Source: the human T2T-CHM13v2.0 reference genome, Homo sapiens | Assembly (NCBI RefSeq): GCF_009914755.1 | Contig: NC_060927.1 | Direction: 5' to 3' (one strand) | Length of the DNA: 64,000 bases | In this document: positions 44,819 to 59,183 of the stretch, one piece after another | Layout of the letters: the number at the start of each line of letters is the position of its first letter | How positions within the stretch are numbered: the stretch's first letter is position 1 | Position numbers and translations under genes: made by a program | Notes under the pieces: model-generated | The model's database searches: none | What the model was told of the DNA's origin: nothing | What the model saw: only the letters and a program-made list of their open reading frames with translations

Positions 44819-47800
44819 TACTTGTTTTTTTTTTTCCAAACAAATAAACAAACAAAAAAAACTTTTCATTTTATTGATTTTTGTATTGTTTTCTTCAATT
44901 GAATTTCATTTAGTTCTGCTCTGATATTTATTATATCTTTTCTTCCACTAAATTTGGGATCGATTTCATCTTTTTTTTCCAGTTCTTTAAGATGCGTAAT
45001 TAGATTACTTAACTGAAGTCTTTCCTTCTTTTTGATACAGGCACTTATAGCTATAAACTTCCCTGTGAGTATTGCTTTTGCTATAGCCCATTGGTTTTGC
45101 AATGCTGTGCTTTCATTATCATTTGTTGCATGAAAGTTTTCAATTTCCTTCTTAATTTCTTCATTGACTTACTGGTCATTCAGGAACATATTGTTTGATT
45201 TCCATATATTTGTATAGTTTCCACAGTTGTTCGTGTTATTAATTTTTTGGTTTATTCCATTCGGAACAGAGAAGATGCTTGGTATTATTTCAATTTTTTG
45301 AATGTGTTAAAACTTGTTTTGTGACCTAAAATATAGTCTATCATTGAGCATGATCCATGTGCTGAGCAAAATAATTTGTGTTCTATAGCCATTGAATTAA
45401 ATGTTCTGTAAACATTAGATCCACTTAGCCTATAATACAGATTAAGTTTGATTTTTCTCTGTTGCTCTTCTGTCTGGAAGATCTGTCCAATATTCAACCT
45501 GGGATGTTGAAGTCTCCAGCTAGCTCTTATAATGATTTCTTTATGTATCTAAGTGCTTCAGTGTTGGGTGCATATATATATTTAAAATTGGTATATCCTC
45601 TTGCTGAATTGACCCCTTTATCATTATATAGTGACCTTCTTTGTCTCTTCTTACAATTTTTGTCTTGAAATCTATTTTGTCTGTAAAAAGTATGGCAACT
45701 TCTTCTCTTTTTTTGTTTCCGTTGGCATGGAATATCTTTTTCCAGTCTTTTTTTTTTTCAGTCTATGTGTGTCTTTATAGGTGAAGTGTGTTTCTTGTAG
45801 GCAACAGATGAATGGGTCTTGTTTTTGTATCCATTCAGCCAGTCTACATATTTTGGTTGTTGGAAGGTTTAGTCCATTTATATTCAATGTTGTTGTTGAT
45901 AAGTAAGGATTTACTCCTGCCATTTTGTTGTTTTCTGTTTTTTTTTTTTTTTTTGGTGGTCTTCTCGTCCTTCTAGCTTTGCTTCCTGTCTTCTTTTAGT
46001 GATGGTGATCTTTTCTGGTGATATGAATTAGTTTCTTGCTTTTAATTTTTTGTGTATTCATTGTATGTTTTTTGGTTTGAGGTTATTATGAGGCTTGCAA
46101 ATACTGTCTTACAATCCATTATTTTAACCTGAGAAGAACTTTATATTGTTTCCATAGACAACAAGACAAAAAGAAAACTATAAAAATTCTATGCCTTAAC
46201 TTCATCCCCACTGCTTTTTAACTTTTTGTTGTTTCTATTTATATCTTATGGTACTGTCTGTGTCTTGAAAAGTTGGTGTAGTTATTATTTTTGATTGGTT
46301 CTTTCTGGTTAGAATGAGTAGTTTATACCCTACAGTTACAGTGTTGCAATACTCTGTGTTTGTCTGTGTATTTACTATTACTAGTGAGTTTTGTAACTTT
46401 GGGTGATTATTCTTCATTAACATTCTTTTGCATTTGTTTCTTTCTAATTAAAGTATTCCCTCTACCAATTATTGTATGACAGGTCTGGTGTTGGTGAAAT
46501 CCCTTAGCTTTTGGTTTGTGTGGGAAAATATTTATTTCCCCTTTATACTTGACGGTTATTTTTGCCAGATATACTATTCTAGAGTAAATTTCTCTTTTCC
46601 TTCAGCACTAAGTGTGTCATGCCACTTTCTCCTGGCTGGAAATGTTTCTAATAAAAAGTCTGTTGCCAGATGTATTGGAACTTCATTGTACATTTATTTA
46701 TTTATTTCTCTTGCTGTTTTAGAATCCTTTTTTATTCTTGATTTCTAAAAGTTTGATTATTAGATTCCTTGAGATAGTCTTTTCTGGGTTAAATTTGCTT
46801 GACGTTGTATAACCTTCTTGGACTTGAATATTGATATATTTCTCTAGGTTTGGGAAGTTCTCTTTAATTATTCCTTTGAATAAACTTTCTACCCCTATCT
46901 TTTATTCTGCCTCTTCTTTACTGCTTATATTTGCTCAAGGTCCTGGGGCACTACAATCAGCAGGTGGCAAAGCCAGCTGCATGGGAAAACCTTTGTCCTT
47001 CCATTTAGAGCAGTGAGGTCCCCAGGCGCTGGGTGAGTCCAGAGGTGCATTCCAGGAGTCAGGGACTAGATTCAAAAACCTTAAAAGTCTATCTGGTATT
47101 TTATCGTACTGATGCTGTGCTAGCACTCACACCACAAGATATAGTCCTTCCCAGTCTTCCCTCCACTTTCTAAAGGCAGAGGAGCCTCACCTTGTAGTCA
47201 TCACCACCAGAGACCATGTAAAGTTCTGCTAGACTAACTCTGATATTCCCTTAAGGCCTAAGGTCTTTTAAGTCGGCTTGTGGTGAATGCTGCCTGTCTT
47301 GGGACTCACCCTTCATGGCAGTGGAACTCCCTCTGGCCTAGAGCAAGTCCAGAGATGCCATTCAAGAGTCGAGTCTTGTAATTGGGTACCCAAAATGCCC
47401 ACTTGGTGTTCTACCTTGCTGTGGCCATGCTGTACCTAATGTGCAAGACAAAAGTCCCCTTTATTGTCACTCTGCTTTTCTCAAGAAGGAGTTTCATCTT
47501 TTAGTCACCAAAGCTGGCAATGTACTTGAATGTCAAAGCTACTCCACCCACACCATCAATTAGCAGAAGTGTGGTGCAGGGAGCATTTTAAGGTACTGAG
47601 GGAGGGAGAACACAGCAACTGTGAGTGCTGTCTTACCTGAAGCCAGCAAGTCGCAGAGGCTCATCCAAGGCTTTCTACATAGTACCTGGGTATTGCGGCT
47701 GGTTGTTCAGGACCCAAAGGCTCTTCAGTTAGCTGGTAATGAATGTTGTCAGGAGTGAGTTCTTCTCTTCAAGGCAGCATATTTCTTTCTGGCCCAAAGT

Positions 47801-48803
47801 GTGTCTAGAAATGTCATCTGGACATCCAGTTCCCATTCTAGGACCCAGAATGACGGCCTCACCACTCTGACCAATTCCCTATCGTGCTGTGGCTGAGCCA
47901 GTATCCAAGATGCAAAACAAAGTCCTCCCCACTCTTCCCTCACCTCTCCTCAAGCAAAGGAAGGGTTGTCTTTTGGAGCCACAAGCTGTGTAGCCTGCCG
48001 TTAGGGGACGGGTGATGCCAGCACTCCTTTGGTGCCCCATCTAGTGTCTCAGTAAGTTGTCTGACCCCCACCATCCCACTGTCTCTGGGTCTAGTTCAGA
48101 CCTAGGACTCACTTAAGAGTTGCAGTACTTATGTCCTAGAATACCTCAGAGCACTGTAGCCCTTGGTTGTGAGGTTTGCGGACACTCAAGTTCAGACAAC
48201 TGGGATCCATGATACCACTCTGACTAGGACTGCTTCAAATGCTCCCTCCCTGGGCTGGCATCAGCTGAGTTTGCTCTGGATTTTCCTTCAGCTGTAACAG
48301 GACAGCACTCCCAATTGCCATGCTCTTCCTCCCTCAGTACCTTGAGATGCTCCCTGCAGCAATTTCTGCTGATGGATGGCGTGGGAGGAGTGGCTTTGGG
48401 ATTCAATACTTTTTTTTTTAATCCCTTCGGTGCCTCTTTCAATGTTATGTAGTCAAAAGAAGGTACCATATGAGGGCTCACCTTATTTTTTGTTCTTATG
48501 AATTTTTGTGTGTGTAGATAGTTGTTAAATTGGTGTTCTTCTTGGGGAATGATTGGTGGAGGCTTCTGTTCTGCTTTCTGTTCTGTTTCCAATCTTCATT
48601 AATGTTTTGATTTACATTTCTCTGATGATTACTGATGCTGAGTATATTTTCATATGCTTGTTGGCCATTTTTATACCTTTTTTATTCCTTCTTTGAAAAA
48701 TATATTTTCAAGACCTTTGCTAATTTATATGTATATACACATATACATATATACGTACATATTTATATACATATGTATGTAATATACATAAATATGTACA
48801 TAT

Positions 48804-50610
<1,807 letters not shown>

Positions 50611-51156
50611 ATATTTATAGTTGAGCTGTAGGAGTTCTTTACATATTCTGGGTGTTAACATCTTATTATATGTATATGCTTTGTAAATATTTTCTCCTAT
50701 TGTGTAGATTGCCTTTTCATTGTGGATTTTTCTTTTGATGCACAAAAGTTTTTTAGTAAGCTTGTAAGCTTGTTATGTCTTATTTGTCTATTTCTGCCTT
50801 TGTCACCTATACTTTTGTCATATCCAAGAAATCATTGCCAAGTCCTATGTTCTAAAGCATCTTTCTTATATTTTCTTCCAGGTTTTGTATGATTTGTGCT
50901 TTTACATATACGTGTTTTATTCATCTTAATTTTTGTGTATGTTATAAAATTAGGGTCTAACTTAATTATTTTGCATGGGCAAATCCAATTTTTCCAATAC
51001 CTTTTGATGAAGAGATTATTCTTTCCACATTGTATGGTTTTGATATATGATATCTTGATATTAGATATCTTGAAGTTAAATATCTTGATATTTAATAGTT
51101 AAATATTAAAGATCATTTGACTATACAAGACAGTTTATTTCTGGAATCTGTATTCT

Positions 51157-51870
51157 TCTTTAATTTTTAATGTTTGTGGGTACACAGTAGGTATACACAA
51201 ATATATACTTGTGGGGTACATTAAATATTTTAATACTGGCATGCAATACATATTAATCACCTCATGGTAAATGAGGTATCCATCCCCTCCAGTATATATC
51301 TTTCATGTACAAATAATCTAATTATACTTTTAGTTATTTTAAAATGGATAACTTAATTATTATTGACTATAGTCACTCTGTGTGTTATCAATTGTTAGGT
51401 ATTATTTATTCTTTCTAACTTTTTTGTACCCATTAACTATCTCCACTTCTCCTCTCCCCACCAATACCCTTCTCAGTTGCTGTTACCATTCTTCTACTCT
51501 TATCTTCGTAAGTTCAATCATTTTAATTTAAATTCTAAAAATAAGTAATGTCATTCTTTTTTATGGCTGTACGCTACTCCATTATGTATATGTACCACAT
51601 TTTCTTTATCAATTCATCTGTTGATGGACACTTAGGTTGCTTCAAATTTTGGCTACTGCAAAGAGAGCTGCAATAAATGTGGGGGTTCAAATATCTCTTT
51701 AATATCCTGATTTCCTTTCTTTGAGTGTATATATACCTAACAGTGGGATTGCTAGATCAAATAGTAGTTCTATCTTAAACTGTTCTCCACAGTGGTTGTA
51801 CTAACTTATATTCCTGCCAACAATATAAAAGAGATTATTTTTCTCCATATTCCCTCCAGCATTTGTTATT
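51157..51870 (-). mobile_element. L1MA (MA1-3-like) 3' end, 5'-truncated
   Basis: 'tttgtgggtacacagtaggtata…ggggtacat…gtaaatgaggtatccatcccctc'. Confidence 0.8.
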
Positions 51871-52859
51871 TCCAGGACTAATTATTTTTCTTTTCCCCGA
51901 GGACAAATTCTGACTCCCAGCAGGGGATATATAAGGACAGCTTTTAATGCAGATCTCTCTAGATACAAGCTTTCCTACCTAACACATACCTTCCTAATCG
52001 TTCATGTGGTAGCCCATATCTGGGAATATCAACTATCACATTCTATGAGATTCTGATTTAAGGCCTTTAGGGAAGAACAGCCCATTTGTGGCTCAAATAG
52101 AGCTCTGGATTTGTCCCTTTTAAAGAGTATTGGCAGAAAATTCTTATGGGATTATTTAAGGCACTTGTTCTCTATGGCTGACCTTGACAGGTTTCCTTAT
52201 AATTAGGCAGTAAGCTTATCAAGATAGAGTAGACATATATGCCATTCCCATTTAAGAAAAGTTGGCAGCACTTATAATGCTGTATATGGATACTAATACT
52301 AACTCTTGGGCTCTGTATTCTATTGCATTGGTCTATTTGTCTGTCTTTATGCCACTGCCATGTTGGTTTTATTACTGTGGCTTTGTAACATATTTGAAAT
52401 CAGAATGCATGAGTCTTTCAGCTTTTTTTTAAATTTTGTTGTTTAGAATCTCATGAGATTTCATATAAATTTTAGAATATTTTAATTTCTTCAAAAAATT
52501 CAGCTAGAATTTTGATACAGTTTTATTAAACCTGAAGATTGCTTTGGGTAGTATAAACATTTTAATAATATTTTCTTCCAGTCTACTAATATAACATCCT
52601 TTTTTATTTGTGACTTTAAAAATATCTTTTAACAATGTTTAAAAGTTTTTTTGTAAAATTCTTTCACCTCTTTGGTTAGGTTTATTTCAAAGTATTTTCT
52701 TTTTTTATATGCTGTTGTAAATGTAATTGTTTTCTTAATTTTCTTTTCAGATTGTTCATTGATTGTGTATAAAATGCAAATTACCCTGTGTACTGAATTG
52801 CATTTCTATACAGTTACAACGAATAATCTGAGAAGAAAATTAAGAGAAAAATACTTTTA

Positions 52860-53060
52860 TGGGAACAATAGGCACTGGGGATTATGAAAGAGGAGAGGGA
52901 GACAGGGTAAGAGTTGAAAAAAACTACCCATTTGTACTATGCTATCTGTATGATGGATTCATTCATATGCTATATCTCAGCATCACACAATATCCCTTCA
53001 TAACTAATCCCTTCATAACTAATACCCCCTGATTTTAAAATAAAAGTTGAAAGTGAAAAA
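52860..53060 (+). mobile_element. Short L1PA16/PB-like 3' end
   Basis: 'gggaacaataggcactgggg…gttgaaaaaaactaccc…ctcagcatcacacaata…aaaataaaagttgaaa'. Confidence 0.8.
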
Positions 53061-54477
53061 ATTGCAATTGACTTTTGTGTGTTGTCTTTTTATCCTGCTA
53101 GTGTCTTGAACTCATTTATTAATTTTAATTTTTTTAATGTAGAATCTTTAAGATTTTCTATATATAAGATAATATCATCTGTGGACAGAGATAATTTGGC
53201 TTTTTCCTTTCCAATGTGGATGACTTTGATTTTTTTTCTTCTTGTCTAATTGCTCTTGGTAAGGTTTCCAGTACTATATTGAATAGAAGTGGTGAGGGTA
53301 GGAATCCTTGTCTTGTTCCTCATCTTACAGGAAAGGATTTCAGTCTTTCCCCATTGACTATAATATTCACTATAAAATATTCATATTTGGCTGTATTATT
53401 TTTCAGTAGTTTCCTTCTATTCCTAGTTTGTTGGGGGTTTTTATTATAAAAGTGTATCGACTTTTTTTTCAAATACTCTGTATAAATTGAGTATATTCCT
53501 TTAAAAGCTGGGGTAAATTTAAAACCTGTAATTAATAATTGCCACTTTGTTGTCAGTGTAAATAACGGCATAGCAAATCCTTAACCCAGTAACCCAGGAT
53601 GGGCCAAATGCATTCAGTCGGTAGTGGCAACTGCTTTGCTAAAAGTAGAAAAGTAACTTTTAGAGGAAACCGCGTTGTGAGCACACCTCACCAGTTCAGA
53701 GTTATTCTAAGTCAAAAAAAGCAAAAAGTAGCTTACTAACTCAAAAATCTTAAAGTATGGGGCTACTATGTTAGAAAAGCGTAATGTAACTCCAACCACT
53801 GATAATTCCCTTAACCCAGCAGATTTCCTATCAAGGGATTTAAATCTTAATTACCACACAAAAGTCCGACCAGACCTAGGAGGAACTCCCTTCAGGACAG
53901 GAGGATAGATGGTTCCTCCCAGGTGATTGAGGAAAAAACCACAATGGGTATTCAGTGATACGGAGACTCCTGTGGAAGCAGAGTTAGAAAAATTGCCTAA
54001 TAACTGGTCTTCTCAAACGTGCGAGCTGTTTGCATTCAGCCAAGCCTTAAAGTACTTACAGAATCAAAAAGACTATCTCGATCCTGACTCAAAAGGATAC
54101 CTGCACCCTCTCTGAAATGAATTTGCCTAAGAATTGCTTTTATGGAAATGCATCTTGATGGGGCAGCTGGGTTGTTATGAAATAGGAATCCAGCCCAGCT
54201 CTAGGACTCACCCCTGAACGCAAAGGCAATGTTGGGCACGCTGGTAAAGGACCACTAGAATCCAGCAGCCTGGACCCCTTTCTTTGTGGTCAAGAGAGGT
54301 GGGAAAACAGGTGCAGGACTGCTACATTGGTGAGCATAACTAATTCAATAAGCAGAGGTCCATGGGTGGTTACGCACCCTGGAAAAGAATAAGCATTGGG
54401 CCCTTAGAGGACGCGCTAGGACTAATGCTCATCGGAAAATGACTAGGGGTGCTGGCACCCCTATGTTCTTTTTTCAG

Positions 54478-55945
54478 ATGGGAAACGTTCCCCCCATCCC
54501 AAGGCAAAAACACCCCTAAGATGTATTCTGGAGAATTAGGACCAATTTGACCCTCAGACCCTAAGAAAGAAATGACTTGTATTCTTCTGCAGTACTGCCT
54601 GGCCATGATGTCCTCTTCAAGGGGGAGAAACCTGGCCTCCTGAGGGAAGTATAAATTATAACACCATCTTACAGCTAGACCTCTTCTTTAGAAAGGAGGG
54701 CAAATGGAGTGAAGTGCCATATGTGCAAACTTTCTTTTCATTAAGAGACAACTCCCAATTATGTAAAAAGTGTGGTTTATGCCCTACAGGAAGCCCTCAG
54801 AGTCTACCTCCCTATCCCAGTGTCCCCCCGACTCCTTCCCCAACTAATAAGGACGCCCCTTTTACCCAAATGGTCCAAAGGTGAAAGACAAAGGGATAAA
54901 CAATGAATCAGACAGTGCCAATATTCCCCGATTATGCCCCCTTCAAGCAGTGGGAAGAGGAGAATTTGGCCCAGCCAGAGTGCATGTAACTTTTTCTCTC
55001 TCAGACTTGAAGCAAATTAAAATAGACCTAGGTAAATTCTCAGATAACTCTGATGGCTATATTGATGTTTTACAAGGGTTAGGACAATCCTTTGATCTGA
55101 CATAGAGAGATATAATGTTACTGCTAAATCAGACACTAACCCCAAATGAGAGAAGTGTCGCCAAAACTGCAGCCCGAGAGTTTGGCGATCTCTGGTATCT
55201 CAGCCAGGTCAATGATAGGATGACAACAGATGAAAGAGAATGATTCCCCACAGGCCAGCAGGCAGTTCCCAGTGTAGACCCTCACTGGGACACAGATTCA
55301 GAACATGGAGATTGGTTCCACAGACATTTGCTAACTTGCATGCTAAAAGGACTAAGGAAAACTAGGAAGACTATGAATTATTCAATGATATCCATTATAA
55401 CACAGGGAAAGGAAGAAAATCCTATTGCCTTTCTGAAGAGACTAAGGGAGGCACTGAGGAAGCATACCTCTCTGTCACCTGACTCTATTGAAGGACAACT
55501 AATCTTAAAGGATAAGTTTATCACTCAGTCAGCAGCAGACATTAGAAAAAAAAACTTCAAAAATCTGCCTTAGGCCTGGAGCAAAACTTAGAAACCTATT
55601 GAACTTGGCAACCTCGGCTTTTTATAATAGAGATCAGGAGGAGTAGATGGAACAGGACAAATGGGATTAAAAAAAAAAAAGGCCACCGCTTTAGTCATGG
55701 CCCTCAGGCAAGTGGACTTTGGAGGCTCTGGAAAAGGGAAAACCTGGGAAAATCAAATGCCTAATAGGGCTTGTTTCCAGTGTGGTCTACAAGGACACTT
55801 CAAAAAAGATTGTTCAAGTAGAAATAAGCCGCCCCCTCGTCCATGCCCCTTATGTCAATGGAATCACTGGAAGGCCCATTGTCCCAAGGGACGAAGGTCC
55901 TCTGAGTCAGAAGCCACTAACCAGATGATCCAGCAGCAGGACTGA
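54478..55945 (+). pseudogene. gag: HERV-W gag (disrupted)
   Basis: Starts MGNVPP; QGKEENPIAFLKRLREAL (MHR-like); zinc knuckles CFQCGLQGHFKKDC and CPLCQWNHWKAHC; multiple stops and frameshifts. Confidence 0.92.
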
Positions 55946-58535
55946 GAGTGCCCAGGGCAAGCGCCAGCCCATGCCATCACCCTCACAGAGCCCCGGGTAT
56001 GCTTGACCATTGAGGGCCAGGAGGTTAATTGTCTCTTGGACACTGGCATAGCCTTCTCAGTCTTACTCTCCTGTCCTGGACAGATAGATCTGTCACTATC
56101 CGAGGGGTCTTAGGACAGCCAGTCACTAGATACTTCTCCCAGCCACTAAGTTGTGAAGGGAGAACTTTACTCTATTCACATGCCTTTCTAATTATGCCTG
56201 AAAGCCCCACTCCCTTGTTAGGGAGAGACATTCTAGCAAAACCAGGGGCCATTATACATCTGAACATAGGAGAAGGAACACCCATTTGTTGTCCCCTGCT
56301 TGAGGAAGGAATTAATCCTAAAGTCTAGGCAACAGAAGGACAATATAGATGAGCAAAGAAAGCCCATCCTGTTCAAGTTAAACTAAAGGATTCTGCCCCC
56401 TTTCCCTACCAAACGCAGTACCCGCTCAGACCTGAGGCCCAACAAGGACTCCAAAAGATTGTTAAGGACCTAAAAGCCCAAGACCTAGTAAAAGCATGCA
56501 GTAGCCCCTGCAATACTCCAATTTTATGAGTACAGAAACCCAATGGATAGTAGAGGTTAGCACAAGATCTCAAGATTATCAATGAGGCTGTTGTTCCTCT
56601 ATACCCAGCTGTACCTAGCCCTTATACTCTGCTTGCCCAAATACCAGAGGAAGCAGAGTGGTTTTCAGTCCTGGGCCTTAAGGATGCCTTTTTCTGCATC
56701 CCTGTACATCCTGACTCTCAATTCTTGTTTGTCTTTAAAGATCCTTCGAACCCGACGTCTCAACTCACCTGGACTGTTTTACCCCAAGGGTTCAAGGATA
56801 GCCCCCACCTATTTGGCCAGGCATTAGACCAACACTTGAGCCAGTTCTCATACCTGGACATTCTTGTCCTCCAGTATGGGGATGATTTAATTTTAGCCAC
56901 CTGTTCAGAAACCTTGTGCCATCAAGCCACCCCAGCACTCTTAAATTTCCTCGCTACCTGTGGCTACAGGTTTCCAAACCAAAGGCTCAGCTCTGCTCAC
57001 AGCAGGTTAAATGCCTAGGGCTAAAATTATCCAAAGGGACCAGGGCCCTCAGTGAAGAATGTATCCAACCTATACTGGCTTATCCTCATCGCAAAACCCT
57101 AAAGCAACTAAGAAGATTCCTTGGCATAACAGGTTTCTGAGGAATATGGATTCCCAGGTACGGCAAAATAGCCAGACCATTATATACACTAATTAAGGAA
57201 ACTCCGAAAGCCAATACCCATTTAGTAAGATGGACACCTGAGGCAGAAGCGGCTTTCCAGGCCCTAAAGAAGGCCCTAACCCAGGCCCCAGTGTTAAGCT
57301 TGCCAACGGGGCAAGACTTTTCTTTATATGTCACAGAAAAAAAAGGAATAGCTCTAGGAGTCCTTACACAGGTCCCAAGGATAAGCTTGCAACCTGTGGC
57401 ATACCTGAGTAAGGAAATAGATGTAGCAGCAAAGGGTTGTCCTCATTGTTTGCCGGTAGAGGCGGCAGTAGCAGTCTTAGTATCTGAACAGTTAAATAAT
57501 ACAGGAAAGGGATCTTAATGTGTGGACATCTCATGATGTGAACGGCATACTCACTACTAAAGGAGACTTGTGGCTGTCAGACAACCATTTACTTCAATAT
57601 CAGGCTGTATTACTTGAAGGGCCAGTGCTGCGACTGCACACTTGTGCAACTCTTAACCCAGCCACATTTCTTCCAGAAAATGAAGAAAAGATAGAACGTA
57701 ACTGTCAACAAGTAATTGCTCAAACCTACGCCACTTGAAGGGACCTTTTAGAGGTTCCCTTGACTGATCCCAACCTTAACTTTTATACTGATGGAAGTTC
57801 CTTTGTAGAAAAAGGACTTCGAAAAGCAGGGTATGCAGTGGTCAGTGATAATGGAATACTTGAAAGTAAGCCACTCACTCCAGGAACTAGCGCTCAGCTG
57901 GCAAAACTAATAGCCCTAACTCGGGCACTAGAATTAGGAGAAGTGAAAAGGGTAAATATATATACAGACTCTAAGTATGCTTACCTAGTCCTCAATGCCC
58001 ATGCAGCAATATAGAAAGAAAGGGAATTCCTAACTTCCAAAGGAACACCTATCAAATATCAGGAAGCCATTAGGAGATTATTATTGGCTGTACAGAAACC
58101 TAAAGAGGTGGCAGTCTTACACTGCTGGGGTCATCGGAAAGGAAAGGAAAGGGAAATAGAAGGGAACCGCCAAGCGGATATTGAAGACAAAAGAGCCGCA
58201 AGGCAGGACCCTCCATTAGAAATGCTTACAGAAGGACCCTTAGTATGGGGTAATCCCCTCCAGGAAACCAAGCCCCAATACTCAGGAGAAGAAATAGAAT
58301 GAGGAACCTCATGAAGACATAGTTTCCTCCCCTCCAGATGGCTAGCCACGAAAGAAGGAAAAATATTTTTGCCTGCAGCTAACCAAATGAAATTACTTAA
58401 AACCCTTCACCAAACCTTTCACTTAGGCATGGATAGCACCCATCAGATGGCCAAATTATTATTTACTGGACCAGGCCTTTTCAAAACTATCAAGCAGATA
58501 GTCAGGGCCTGTAAAGTGTGCCAAAGAAGTAATAC
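55946..58535 (+). pseudogene. pol: HERV-W pro-pol (disrupted; integrase truncated after the zinc finger)
   Basis: Protease LLDTG; RT WTVLPQGFKDSP and LQYGDDL; RNase H YTDGSS…YTDSKY; IN HQTFH…CKVC. Confidence 0.92.
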
Positions 58536-58561
58536 CCTGCACTGCAGGGCATACATTTCAA

Positions 58562-58795
58562 TCCCTGTATCTTTAACCTCCTTGTTAAGTTTGCCTCTTC
58601 CAGAATCAAAGTTGTACAACTACAAATCATTCTTCAAGTGGAGCCCCAGATGCAGTCCATGACTAAGATCTACCACGTACCCCTGGACCGGCCTGCTAGC
58701 CCATGCTCCAATGTTAATGACATCAAAGACACCCCTCCAGAGGAAATCTCAACTGCACGAACGCTACTATGCCCCAGTTCAGCAGGAAGCAGTTA
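58562..58795 (+). pseudogene. env: HERV-W env C-terminal remnant (syncytin-1-like cytoplasmic tail)
   Basis: PCIFNLLVKF…EPQMQSMTKIYHVPLDRPASPCSNVNDIKDTPPEEISTARTLLCPSSAGSS*. Confidence 0.88.
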
Positions 58796-58854
58796 GAGCG
58801 GTCTTTGGCCAACCTCCCCAACAGCACTTGGGTTTTCCTGTTGAGAGGGGATAC

Positions 58855-59183
58855 TGAGAGACAGGACTAGCTGGATTTCGTAGGCTAAGAATCCCTAAGC
58901 CTAGCTGGGAAGGTGACCACTTCCACCTTTAAACATGGGGCTTGCAACTTAGCTCACACCCGACCAATCAGATAGTAAGGACAGCTCACTAAAATGCTAA
59001 TTAGGCAAAAACAGGAGGTAAAGAAATAGCCAATCATCTGTTGCCTGAGAGCACAGTGGGAGGGACAATGATCCGGATATAAACCCAGCCATTCAAGCAG
59101 GCAACGGCAACCCCCTTTGGGTTCCCTCCTTGTATGTGAGCCCTGTTTTTACTCTATTTCACTCTATTAAATCTTGCAACTGC
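58855..59183 (+). promoter_or_regulatory. LTR17 U3-R (no U5) with CCAAT boxes, TATA-like GATATAAA and ATTAAA poly(A) signal
   Basis: Starts TGAGAGACAGGACTAGCTGG after the PPT; ccaatc near 58964 and 59030; gatataaa near 59076; ATTAAA at 59166-59171. Confidence 0.88.

Noticed and set aside
54478-58795. Functional HERV-W gag, pol or syncytin-like env
   Set aside because: Numerous stops and frameshifts, RT motif reads YGDD, and the IN core and most of env are deleted.
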